Positions 38,021 to 50,311 of a DNA stretch of 64,000 nt are shown piece after piece (the first letter of the stretch is position 1; the number at the start of each line of letters is the position of its first letter). The notes below the pieces were generated by a model, which saw nothing but the letters and a program-made list of their open reading frames with translations, had not been told where the DNA came from and ran no database searches. The stretch covers positions 41,602,001 to 41,666,000 of the forward strand of contig CM060731.1 in NCBI GenBank assembly GCA_030704615.1, written 5' to 3'. The stretch is from Takakia lepidozioides. Taxonomy: Eukaryota; Plantae; Bryophyta. Made by a program: the position numbers and the translations under genes.

Positions 38021-38559
38021 TATTATCCCCCTCTGTATGGTGCGCCTTAGAATTTTGCGGACGTAATCTTTTGAATAACTCTTTAAGTTCATACTTTGGT
38101 TACCAGTTTCTGCCAAATTGTCATCCTCCCTCTCTCCTGAGCACATTTGTGAGCAATTCAGTGTGATAAGTAGTGTTGGGTGTTTACTAGATAGATTTTA
38201 GGCTGTCATTGCAGCTGCTATCAGCAAGCGGGAGGATTTATGCATTATTGTTGCCGAGGAAGGTATAGCTCAATGATGCAGGGATGGAGTGTGGGCCCAG
38301 ATCCATCCAAGAGGGTCTGATTTCAAGCACAAGAGTACCAGTGAGCCACTATGGATTGACAGCTAGAAGAAACCTGCAGAGGTAGATGGTCAACTTGAAG
38401 CAGCAGTGGCAGCACAGTTGATAAAATCAAGCACCTCCATCATGACTCCTGCTTCCAGAAGAGGACCCAGAAGAGGACCAAGAGAAGGATTCCACAAGAT
38501 CTCTTCTGGAGCTTGTGGGCATATGAGGACACTGACGTGAGGCAGGACAGCAGCTGAAA

Positions 38560-39690
38560 GAGGCTCTGCACATTTTGAACCAAGGAGATACTTCAGCAGA
38601 CTCCGATACTTATGTGTGTCTCTTGCAGAAGTGCATCAAGTGAGGAAGTTCAGGTGCATGCCACATTATCCAAAGTGGATTTAAGCCAGATGTGTTTCTA
38701 CACAATACCCTTGTCAACATGTATGTCAAATGTGGGAGCATCATAGATGCACACCGAGTGTCTGACAATACGCCTAAATGAGGTTTGATCTCGTGGATTA
38801 AATGATGGCAGGATTTACCAAGCATGGGCGTGGTAGGAATGTCTTGGAGACCCATGAGCAGATGATACAGGAAGGAGTGAAGCCCGGCCAGTTCACATTC
38901 ATTTGTACCCTCAGGGTGTGTGGCTGCCTGGCAGCCCTCGATGAGGGCAGAGAGGTCCATTCTGACATCATGGAAGCCGGAATTGCACCAAATGTCATTC
39001 TGAACACTACCCTTGTGGACATGTATGCCATTGTAGGGCCTAAAGGATGCAAAGGGAGTGTTTGACAATATGGCCGAATGAAATGTTGTGTCATGGAATA
39101 TGATCTCTCGATATGCTCAGCATGGATGTGGGATAGAGGCTTTGGCGACCTATGAGCTTGCGCGAAGGGTTGACGCCAGACAATGTCAATTTTGTTTGCA
39201 TTTGAATGCATGTGCAACCCTGGCAGGCCTGGAGAAGTGCAGAGAGGTTCATGCTGACATCATGAAAGCTGGAATATAACCAGATGTCATTCTGAACAAT
39301 ACCCTTGTGGAGATGTATGCCAAATGCGGGAGCCTCGAGGATGCAAAGGGATTGTTCAACAATATGACTCAATGAAATGTGGTGTCATGGAATGCGATGA
39401 TTGCAGGATATGCCCAACATGGATGTGGCATGGAGGCTTTGAGGTTCTAAGAGCACATGATGTGGGAAGGAGTGGAGCCCGACTGTGTCACATTTGTTCG
39501 CACGTGCGATGCGTGTGCGAGCCTGGCAGCCCTGGAAAAGGGCAGAGAGGTCCACGCTGACATCATGAAAGCTGGAGCATACCAGATGTCATTCTGAATG
39601 CGGTGATTGCAGGATGTGCCCAGCATGGAATGCGGAATGGAGGCTTCGGAGACCTATGAGCAAATGAAATAGAAAGGTGAAGCCTAACAA
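38560..39690 (+). pseudogene. Degenerate PLS-class PPR fragments
   Basis: EGVKPGQFTFICTLRVCGCLAALDEGREVHSDIMEAGIAPNVILNTTLVDMYA and similar motifs, with stops and frameshifts. A further fragment at ~41110-41200. Confidence 0.88.
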
Positions 39691-39849
39691 TGTTCCATTT
39701 GTTTTTGCTTGCATACATCAATGTATTTTCACACTGCCAGAGTGTTCTAAATAAATTCATAATCTTTAGATAGAACATAACCAGAGGAATCTCTTACTGG
39801 TTGAAAGTTAACTAGCACCCTTGGGCCATTCGGGGGTTAATGTAATAAC

Positions 39850-41090
39850 TTGTATTCTTGCAGGAGCTTGATCTTAGCAGGTATTTGGACCTATTGGCTC
39901 CAATTCCCAGGCTCGTTTGTGCATCTCAAGAAGTTGAGAAGTCAGAAGTTGTTTGAGTGTAGACTCAATGGCTCCATACCTTCTTGGCTCTCTATCTGCA
40001 GCAGCTTGGAGGTCAGTATTCCTTGTCCCAATATCACTAACTAACTAGTACAATGGGTTGATTTTCAGTGTTTTCAACATTGGTTTCCACTATCTATATA
40101 ACTAAAGTGGTTCGAGTACTTTCTTCTAACACTAAAACAGGACCAGCAGCTGATAGCTCAGTTGGATAGTGCACTTTGTGTGTCGCCCAGTGGTTTGGGG
40201 CACAAAATTGTGCTACCTTGTCCTATATGGTATGGTTTCAAGACCGGTCAGTCTGGGATTGTGTCTCCTGTATGCTTCATGGCTTATATGAAAGGGGGTT
40301 AATAAGGGCCTGAATTGGGAGCTGTTGCCCCCACGGGTCCTTCGACCAAAAAGAAAAAAAAGCAGGAAAACTAGGTAAAAGATTTACACAACATTTATGC
40401 TTATTGTGACACATAAAAGAGTTCAAAGTAATTATAACAAGTATATTGAGAGAATACTTTGAACTCGCTTTGAAGATTGCGATGCACAATCCAAATTTGT
40501 AAAATGAGTAGTAGTATTGCATTGCTATTGCACTGCAAGGCACTCACAAATGTTCGATAATTTGTAGACATTCGACCTATTCTACAATGAACTGAGCGGT
40601 CCGCTGCCCTCCAACACATTGTCGAGTTCAACGCATGAGGTAGTCAGCTTCCATGCTCAATACCATTGTGGCTTGGCAAGTGGCACAATCTGTCAGACAC
40701 CTGGATCTTTCCAACAACCAGTTGATGAGCAGCAATACAATCTACTGTCAGGGACCATTCCCCGGGAGCTTGGCAATGCCATCTGTCTTGAGAGAGTGTG
40801 CTTGGCAACAAACTGCCTCATTGGCAACATCACCAAAATACTTAAAGTGCTGAAGTGCAACCTCAATATCTCGTGATGGTCTTGGGCTGCTGCTCGGAAA
40901 TGGATTTGAAGGCCATGGTTCTTGAGTTTATGTCAAATGGCATACTTGAAGAGCTGCTAAATTCAGTTCCTAATATATCTGGCTTATTTGTGCCTTAATT
41001 ATAGTGCAGAGAAAATAATGCATGGTGATTGGAAGCCTAGTAACATTTTGCTTGATTTCGATATGGTTGCACACCTAAGCGACCGTGACT
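39850..41090 (+). pseudogene. LRR receptor-like kinase pseudogene fragments
   Basis: LNGSIPSWLSICSSLE; LDLSNNQL; LSGTIPRELGN; LGCCSEMDLKAMVLEFMSNG; MHGDWKPSNILLDFDMVAHLSD. Confidence 0.75.
40141..40361 (+). mobile_element. tRNA-derived SINE
   Basis: A-box TAGCTCAGTTGG (~40154), B-box-like GGTTTCAAGACC (~40234), A-rich tail at 40348-40361; possible TSD aaaacagga / aaagcagga. Confidence 0.65.
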
Positions 41091-41774
41091 TGAGTGTGCA
41101 AACATTGACATCCGAATGTGGGAGCATTGAGGATGCAAAAGGACTGTTCGACAATGTGGCTGAATGAAATGTGGTGTCATAGATTCCGACGATTGCTGTC
41201 AAGCTACTATAGTACTCTTAACATTGAAATTAATCCAAATGGGGGCTTATGCTAAACTCGAATGTAAGTTGTTCTGAGTACAAAAAGTAATTGCTTGACC
41301 AGCCATGCAGGTCAATTCTTTGGAGATAGATGGACCGGGAGGCTGGCTGACCAGCCTGACTAGAGAAGTATGAGACCTGCTAACCAGAGACCTGCATCAT
41401 GGATTTTCAGTCGATTCCATCGAGGAACCCACAAAAGAAAGATTAACCAGACTGAGCTCTCTGTTGCAGCTACTTGAAGCCTGTTATACCGTATCCAGCT
41501 TCAGATGTAAATTCTCCTTGTGGACATGGCGAGGTGGATGATTATGATCAGACGCCAGCGGGTCTCTTGTCTCTTCCATGGTGATTACTGTGTGCACAAT
41601 GGGATGCAACAGCCTGGCGTCAAACTGGAGGAGGATTATTCCCATTGATGTCCAAAGAATGATTTAACCAGACTGATCTAGTCTTGGTTGCTGATACAGA
41701 TTGTCCTGGTGGACATGTAGGAGGTTGAAGATATCAGACCTCTTCCATGATGATTGCTCTGTATACACATAGGT

Positions 41775-42110
41775 GTGTTGCAGATGAATATAGAAGGCAA
41801 CCTGTGAAGGTTCACAAGTGCGCAGGAACAACTCATCCACCCAATTTCAGAAATCCCAATAATTCAAGTGAATGCGATTCTATTCGAACCAAAGGGCAGT
41901 TTCGACGAATGATACTGGGTGTAGAGTTGTGGATATTTTATGTGACATATTCTCATGGGAGCAGGATTGAGTCATTGTATTTTCCTTTGTATTCCGAATG
42001 ACTTGGAGTGCTTATTGCCCTTGAGTCTCATAATAACAAGACAATGACCGGTAGGCCGACAAGAAGCACACTAGCAGTCACTTGTACCTAAGTCTTGTTA
42101 TTATCGTTGT
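41775..42110 (+). pseudogene. Diverged duplicate of the PIG-P last exon and 3' region
   Basis: tgttgcagatgaata...caactcatccacccaatttcagaaatcccaataatt...aaagggcagt...caggattgagtcattgtattt aligns to 37636-37880. Confidence 0.85.
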
Positions 42111-43619
42111 CCTTACATGTTGCAGAAGTTTGCAGATAATCTCTTGAATGACTGTTTTAATTCATAGTTTGGTTAATGTAGTTATGAGTGATTAAATTTG
42201 CCTATGTCGCACTACATATTAGTCCAGATTTCTGTCATCTCCGTCCGGTCATACCTTGAACTGGTAGTTTGAAGTGTCCTACAACTACACACCAACATTC
42301 AGAGCAGGCCACTGTGGAAAGGTGGCAGTTGAAAGTGATCTGCATATAGATGATCTACCCTTGATAGATTGGCATGCACTCAGAGATAGTGGCCAAATCA
42401 AGACACTTCAGGTTTGATCATCTGCTGAAGCTGCTACATGTGGAGAAGGATTTGCGTGGACATTCCTCATCATCTTGAAAATTTCTTCTAGGGACTTGAA
42501 TAGATGAATGGTACATGGGGTGATAACTAAATGTAGACTGAATTCGTGTTAGTCATAGTGTCATCGTAAGAGGACAAAGGCTTGCTCCCAGTTAGTACAC
42601 ATAGACAGCTTGCCATACTCCAATGAAGTATGTCTGCAAGATCCTCCAATCCACATTCATGGTTCTCACATTGCTAAAGCCTGCAATATGATTAAGCCAC
42701 ATGATATGAATTCTGGAACAAAGCCTGTATTCTTTGTTCTGTATTTTGACATTTCTCAGCCCCTCAATCTCAACACAGACTCACAGACCATTCCACATTC
42801 TCTTCACCAGTATAATGACAATGATCTGGAATGAATTAATCAATATGATGTACGGAATTGTACTCATTAGGGCCAGCCACACTCTTACACTCGATCTGCT
42901 ACACCAAAACTCCGAGGACTTAACCATATGTGGAAGAGACGTGATCTGAAAAGCTAACAAAAAGTAGGAGCTACTGGAATAGAGACCTGGTAAGAGACAG
43001 CCTGACACTGAAATACTTTAGTAGCCCGAGGATAGGAAAGCAAAACCCATGCCCATCATAGCAGCCAGCAAAATTGGAAATTCTCTGGACTCTGTATTTT
43101 TTTATAACGTTACAATTTCTAAAATGCGAACTAGTAAATCATACTTATAATTGGTTAAAAGAGGTCGAGAATGCGATGATTGCGCCTCAAGAGAGGTGGT
43201 CGAGCACAAATGGCTGCTGACAGATAGCCTGCTGTCCACAATGTCCAACTTCTCTTAGAAGTCTGCCTGAAACAGAACTCCATACAAAAATAAATGGCAA
43301 TTTAGAAGTCTCAAAGGGACAGCTCAACATGCAAACAGAGTTAATCTACCCGGGCCTTCAGGCCATAGACCTGCATGCCTGCTATAAAGTATGAACACAA
43401 CAGGAAAGTTGGGAAGAAAGGGGAGGGTAGCTGAAGAGAGCAGAAAGGATGACCCAGATAATGAGACTTCAACAAAATGTAGTTGATTTTACTTTGCTGA
43501 AGGAGAGCAGAGAAGAGAAAGGGAGAGGGGGAGGGAGATATGCACTCAGTGACCATTCCACGTGATCAGGTAACCTTTCATGACACTGAATCAGAGGAAT
43601 ACCATGATATGATCATGAC

Positions 43620-46600
43620 ATGCCCCCTCCTGTGCGAGGAAGGTGCTTGAAATTGTTTCCTTGAAGGTGGCAGCATTATCTGTTGACAGCATCATTAGAT
43701 GAACCGTGAGGATGTGGATCTAAGGTCACACGCACAAAATGATGCAGCCTCCAAAGGGTGGCTGAGTCCTGCAGCCCATGAATCATCAGACCAACCTCTA
43801 ATCAGATGAAAAAGGACCTGTGTTCTCCTCATGTGGGTTTTTGGCTGCCCAGGCCAGCAGCTGCAAAACTTCAAACATTTTCCATGATTAGAAGTAGATG
43901 AAGGGCTAGCCTTGACCAACTACAACAGCAAAGTGCATTTGGAGTAGTACTTGTCAAAAGCAACACGTATTGATTTGTGGATGCAAAACACTACACCGAT
44001 CTCTGATAGACACATGACTGCCAAAATAGTTGATCAAAAGAGGGTCTGAGAAAAAACACCAATGCAGTGATGTCAATGTCAACCTCCTCAGCATGGGCAC
44101 TGAGGGTTGGGGCATGGGAATGTATAATTGCCAAAGCACGTTTCTGTTTGTGTCTTGGCAGCAGCTGCACGTTGTGAGCCAGCCTCTGCTTCTCTGCCAG
44201 TGACATCGGCCTTCACAAACACAATTGACATCAGAAAACAGGTTCAAAGACATCCCACTATGTCTGATTCCAGCCATCAATGTGATACATGGCTGTGCTT
44301 TGTACTGCTGGAGTAAAAGGAGCAGGGAAGGGAACAAAGTTTTTACATGACTGGTATGCATAGAGGGCCATATATGACCCAGTAGAACTACAGGAGGAAA
44401 CCAAAAACAATGTGAGAACACAGAGAGAAAAAGTTTGCCCCAATGGTTACCTCTACAGGCCCAGGATTGCAGAATTGACCAAACAAATTGAAGCTGACTT
44501 AAAAACAAGAGGCTGTCAAATGTCATCAGGAATGAACCTTTTCTTCGACAATGCTTGCTGCTTCAGGTCATTCAGCTGCTTGTCCAGCTCCTTCATCTGC
44601 AGAGTCCTCTCACACCAGGCATATTCATCTTCCTTTCCTCCGAACTTGCCTGAGTCTGGTGACTGGGACACTAAAATACTTCTTCGTTTAACAACCAGAG
44701 CTGGATTTGACCATCGTTAGTGAGACATCGACCAGATACCAAGATATTACTCTGGACTATCTGCTTAATTTCCTTTCTAACTTTTGCTAAAGATTGTCAT
44801 GCTTGCGAGTCTACTTCAAGAAGACTAACCTGGAGGACAACGGTTGATGTAAGCTTGTCACAGGTCGCTACAGCTGACATAGCAATGGCGGCACTCTCCT
44901 GCCTTTGCACTTCCTTATTGCACAACAACAAGACAACTTGCTCAGTCCAGCTTTCCTATCCCTCTTTGCAATATCACCACTACTCCGAAAGAGAAGTCAT
45001 CGCCAGCAGGGCCCCAGCTTTGCCGTAACTGACTGTGGTCAAAATGCAAGACTGAGCCACCAGTTCTCCAACCACATGCATAAGAAACTGACATTTGACA
45101 AGGAACATCAGATCTCTCTAACACATTCACTACATGTAGACAGGACTTCATCAACCTCTACAACCAATGCGTTTTCCACAGTTTTCAAGGTTCTAAAAAA
45201 TAAAGCACATCTCTGTCACACATGGGCACAGTGGATTTCTGGGATTTATTGTGGTTATCCACAATAGCATCAGAGAGAAGAGAAACCATGGCAAGCCCAT
45301 ACACAAGTAGAATCAGTCGGAGAATACCATCTCAAGTTCTTCAGTTTCAGCTTCAAGGTGCTCCTTCCAAAACTCCTCAAAAATGTCTGAAAGTGTTTTT
45401 GCCATCAAGTGCACATCGCTGCCCTCATGATTGTATGTCATGGCATTGCGGAACACAAGCCTGACATCCTCACACATCCCTCTAACACTTTCGTAGCGCG
45501 TGCCATCTCTAGCTTTCATTCGATCCCGGATTGTTCCCAAGTCCATTGGCTTCTTAATTACCTGCACAGGGCCCCAAACCCTTTCCCCATCAAAAACTTC
45601 ATCTGACCTTCTCAGTCCCACATAAGATATCCTGTTACTTTGGCTTCAGTTATGCCTTGTGTAAGTTGTCTGTCCATCTGTCTTACAGGCAAAGACCTGC
45701 CATTGTTCGTTCATGGAGATAATCATGTACCCTGGAAAAAGTGGGATGGTGGGGGAACGGAGGGAGACAGAGAAGAGCAGAGAAGCAAACTTACATTGAA
45801 GTAGTCGTCTAAGCCCAGACTCACCACATCAACTGGTTGCATGAATGGCCAAGCCCATTTATGTTTTGAAATCTGAGACACTCAAGAACAACTATTAGCT
45901 CTCGAACATGACTAAAGGTGAGATCGACATTGACTGCAAAATCAGGTCAGCAAAGGCAGTCATAAAACACACCAAAAGGGGTGAAAGTGTAAAGGTCCAA
46001 AAAGCAAGGGACGACATTCTTCAACCATACTAGATGCAAAAACATCGTCCAAATAACCACAACATAGACAATGTACGAAACAGGAATCCCAAGCATGTAA
46101 ACCATACACGAGCTTTCTGGCTGTTGAGACATGGCTGAGAAGAAAGAGAGTGACCTTCTTAAAAATAATGCCAAACTGGCGCACACAGTCCATGTTGCGT
46201 TTCCGAAGCTCCCGGGGGTTCATCCCCTTACTTACGGAAGTTCCCTTTTTTTTTACTTCATCCTTCAAGCTCAGATTCATGGCCTCCTCACTAGGCGTGT
46301 TCCTCTTCACGGCAGCTTGCAGATCTGCCACCATAACCATCTGCTGCTCCACCTGCCTCCTAGTAAACGACAATCAGTCCTAAAATTGTTTGAATGCTAC
46401 TGTCTTCTATGTGAAAATATATCTATCAGAGCAAGGATAAGGATGATACTGAAAACTTGCTGCAGATAACAGACAGGATTGACTTGACTGTAGATTGGCC
46501 AAGGGCTCTGAAAATTCGCCCCAAATTGACTGAGGGCTTTCTGTAGCAAGTCCAACTGTATATGGACATCCCCACTCCATGACAGTGTTGTCTATCACTG

Positions 46601-47342
46601 CAGGCCGTAGAGTCATTCCGGTAAATGTTGTCTGTCTGCTTATTTGTTTTCCAGCCTTTTTCTAATATCAACCAAGAACCAGGAGGCCAATTTGAGACTT
46701 ACTTAGAAAATGAGCAGCAGATTCGTCATTCCAAACATACAACTAAAAGGAAATTTGGGACTGCTGGCGTTTGAAGGGAGGTGTCCATGACAAATATTCT
46801 CATAAGAAAGTAAACGAAGGATTTGTTGCTCTCCTTGGGATTCAGGCAAACCGCACCTCAATTACTTTCTCAGTATATTCTGCCATCTTGGCCCACAGCA
46901 TCTCTTTGAAGACCTGTGCCTGCGCTCGCCTGCCCGCACCTTCATCAATGCCCGTAGACGCAAGAGAAACGGGCCCAGCTGACCTCGCTGAATCTCTGCA
47001 TTTTCCCAATTCTCCAACCCACTCCTCTTGTTTACCATCACAGCTCAGACCTCCTCTGTCTCTTGCAAACCCACCTTCACGTACTCGCTCTAATCCTTCC
47101 TTCTCTCCTCCAACGACCTTCCCCTTCCTCATCTCTGAAACACCGCCAGCATTCAAACTCTCTCCACTATCTCTGCCTCTCTTCCATTTCTCCCTGTCCT
47201 CCTCTCCCACCACACCCACCTGCCCATTCTCTCCTATAACCTTATCCGCCCCTCCACAGTTCCGTGTCTCCGATCCATCTCCCACTCTCTCTGGCACTGG
47301 CCCCCTGCAGCTCAGATCACTTCCCATAGTCGAATCCCTCAA
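43620..47342 (-). CDS. GTE1: BET protein, GTE1/GTE6-like (bromodomain + ET domain)
   Basis: Exons encode VRQFGIIFKK | ISKHKWAWPFMQPVDV..LGLDDYFN | VIKKPMDLGTI...DVRLVFRNAMTYN...DVHLMAKTL and MSLAEKQRL...ALAII...EEVDIDI. Start and last exons approximate. Confidence 0.88.
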
Positions 47343-47774
47343 CTGGGTTTGTTACCATCTGACTCCTTGAACGAATACTCGCTCATAATCTATACCCACC
47401 TTTGTGAGTTCTGCACTTGGGGGCTGGCTGTGTGTGTGCTTAGCAGTGTGCTGCAGCAGACCTTGGAGGTCGGGAAGGCTCATCATCCCCCTCTGCTGCG
47501 TTCGCCTTTTTTTTCCCGGGTTGACTGAAGTCTCCCCGCTCCTTAAGCCAGGTACGGCGGGCCGGGCCACCCGCTGGAAACGCGGGAGAGAGAGTGGAGA
47601 GGAAGAAAGACCTAAACACGAGTGTTACAAATCTGCTCTGATGACACGGCGAAAGGAAGGAGAATTGAGTGAGGATTGCAGGTAATGATCGTGTCGAGAG
47701 TGGGAGGAAGGAGAAAGGCTTCGGGAAGTTGAAGAGGTGGTGGAGTGCAGCGGGGTTCAAAGACAATTGCAACA

Positions 47775-49140
47775 ATGCCACTGTTTTACCCCTCCATTCT
47801 CTTTCAGGTGTGCTGCCTTTCTCGCCTTTGGATTCATGAATGGGAGAGTTAGAGAGTTGTGTTATCTGGGTGGGTGTGTTGACGAACCATGGGCTTTGCG
47901 GTGCGGACTATAGCGTCTGCTCATTGCTGTGGAAATGGCAGGAGAGGGCTCTTGGATTTGTACTGGGAAGTGCAGTGGGGGTGGGTGCGATGCTTTATGA
48001 TCAACGAATGCTATGGCGCTCCACTGGAAAACTTGCAGATACGCTCTCTGGCGGACAATTGCCCCCCTCCACTCCTTTAAAGGTGTGTTATGTCTGCATT
48101 TCTCTCTTACCCAGTGGTGATTCACTCGATTCAGGGTTGTGTAGTTCGCCTCCAGCTTGTGTTTTGGAGAAAAGCGGAGCACTTTTTTTTGGGCATACGT
48201 CATCACTCCTTGAGTGGATGCATCTAAGGTCTTCCAAGAGGCAGGGGACGAAATTCAGGGTGGACGGTTGTGTTCTTACTCAACCAGTCCTTAAAGCCCT
48301 CTGCCTTCATGGCAGGCAGCAAGAACCTTATCTAAAAGAGTTAGGAGGAATGTATGCAGGTAGCTCTCGTGTATATGATCTTTGGGGAATACTCACCACA
48401 AAAGCTGCAATAATGACTTCCCAGTCTATACGTTTCCTTGAAGAAGGGTGAAGGCTATTGGGTACACCGTTGTTGCTGCCTTATGCCATATCAAGCCCGA
48501 TGTACTAGGGTAAACTATTAGGGGCCACTGATTTTCTTTCCAAGGTCATCATGCCATTTGTAGACCTATAATCCATGAGCAATAGCACAATACCTGCATT
48601 GAACTTTAAGCCTGGACACACATGTGACTAGTGAGTGATGCACCTGGTGGACGATAACCTCATGCTTGGAGCTGGCCTTTTCCTGTCCAAGCGAAACCTT
48701 GCTGAATCCTTTTGACTCAGATACTGTTATTTTGGGTGGAGCCATGCTTCTGTCTTTGTATTTGGGTGACTACAAACTGTATCAAGTTCCTGTTTCCAAT
48801 CTGTGGACAGAGCTCTGACATGCCTTCTTGAATAATCAGATACTACTAACTGTCAAAGGCAAGACACAGTTACCAGTATGAGAGCTCCGTATTGTGCTTT
48901 ATTCCGAGCTATGTCTGCCATTTCTTGTTCTTTGTTCAGGTTAATTAGCTCCCCATCCTCTGAACCCATTTTTGTCAGTGGTCATCATTGTGTTGAGCTT
49001 TGGGCCCTGTGCTGTTCCCACAGATGCCACCACCCCTATTGGGTAAGGAAACACGGGATCAGCTGGCACATGCGTGGAATACTACAGTTGACAACACATT
49101 GGGCGCCCTGATTGTTGCACTTAGCTCAAGAGGTTGGTGA
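47775..49140 (+). CDS. Small conserved plant membrane protein (~96 aa)
   Basis: Exons 47775-47807, 47942-48082, 49024-49140 splice in phase 0: MPLFYPSILFQ|ERALGFVLGSAVGVGAMLYDQR...|MPPPLLGKETRDQLAHAWNTTVDNTLGALIVALSSRGW*. Confidence 0.75.
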
Positions 49141-50311
49141 AGCTGTGCATTGGCCACCTGTAATGTGCAACGTACAGGAGCTCTATAAGTTTATTCTCAG
49201 GTAAAGGCAGGTCCACAATGACCAAGATGCTGGCCTAGGGAATTGATAGCAAGGAAGTGAGGATCTGAGGAAGGAAACCTGGACACGATTCTCCAAAAGA
49301 AGTTCGCAGATTATACCTTGGTGCAGCCCCTGACTGATGTGATCCCTCCGCGGGCAATGCCAGTATATTGCAAATTAGACCATATGTCATGCAATAAACT
49401 GAATGTGGTAGTACATGTTATGTACTAAGGAGCATGGGCATCTGTCGGATAATTTGGACATGGACAATGTTTGGTTGTTGGTGAAAGTACAGATTGGGCT
49501 TCAGAATAGCAAGCTCTCAAGCTCTCTACCTCAGTGCAAATCCCTTGAGCAACGCTGTGAGTCCAATCCATCTGGAGTTCACATGTCCTTTTCGAATGGG
49601 CTCTTCATGTGACAACTGATTGGTGCTACCAACTCGCAGCATTGTTGTTGTAGAAAGTTGTACTTGGTGTGCACCAACCAAGTTGGCAGTTCAGAGTGAT
49701 GGATGCCTGCTTGTTCCTAACTATTTCAACTAATCAATCGACCAATTGCAATGACATTATACTCGGAATGAGGTAACTCTTGCACTTTCCAAAGAAGAGT
49801 AACGTGTAAGGCACTTAAAGACGATATTGTGAAAGCCAAATAGGGATGGAGGTGCATGGATGGGTATGGCAACTACATCTATCGAAGGAGCTTTTGGTAG
49901 AATCTGGTGGAAACAACTCTCCTGGTGGATGTACAGCATCCCTACATGCTTACTAGTGAAAGAATTTCATGAGCAGCAAATTGCTTCCAACACAGCAAGA
50001 ACCATAGCCTTGCAATCACAGACCCCAGAGTATGGGTACACACTACACACAAGGCTTCAGGTGCTCTCACAGTCAGGCTCTGCAATTGTTACTGAAAGTA
50101 GGTCCCTAGGGATGCTAATCTAACTTGGTCCCAAAACCTTTCACAACTGTACACAATAAAAAAGTGAATCTGGGAAGTCAACTGTATGACTAGGACTTGA
50201 ACCAGATTAGTCCTTGTCTCCATTTGTCGCTTGGGGGTGAACCCAAGATTCCTTTGCTCAATCAGAGAGAGAGAGAGAGAGAGTTGGGGGGGGGGGGGCT
50301 GGGGGGAGAGA

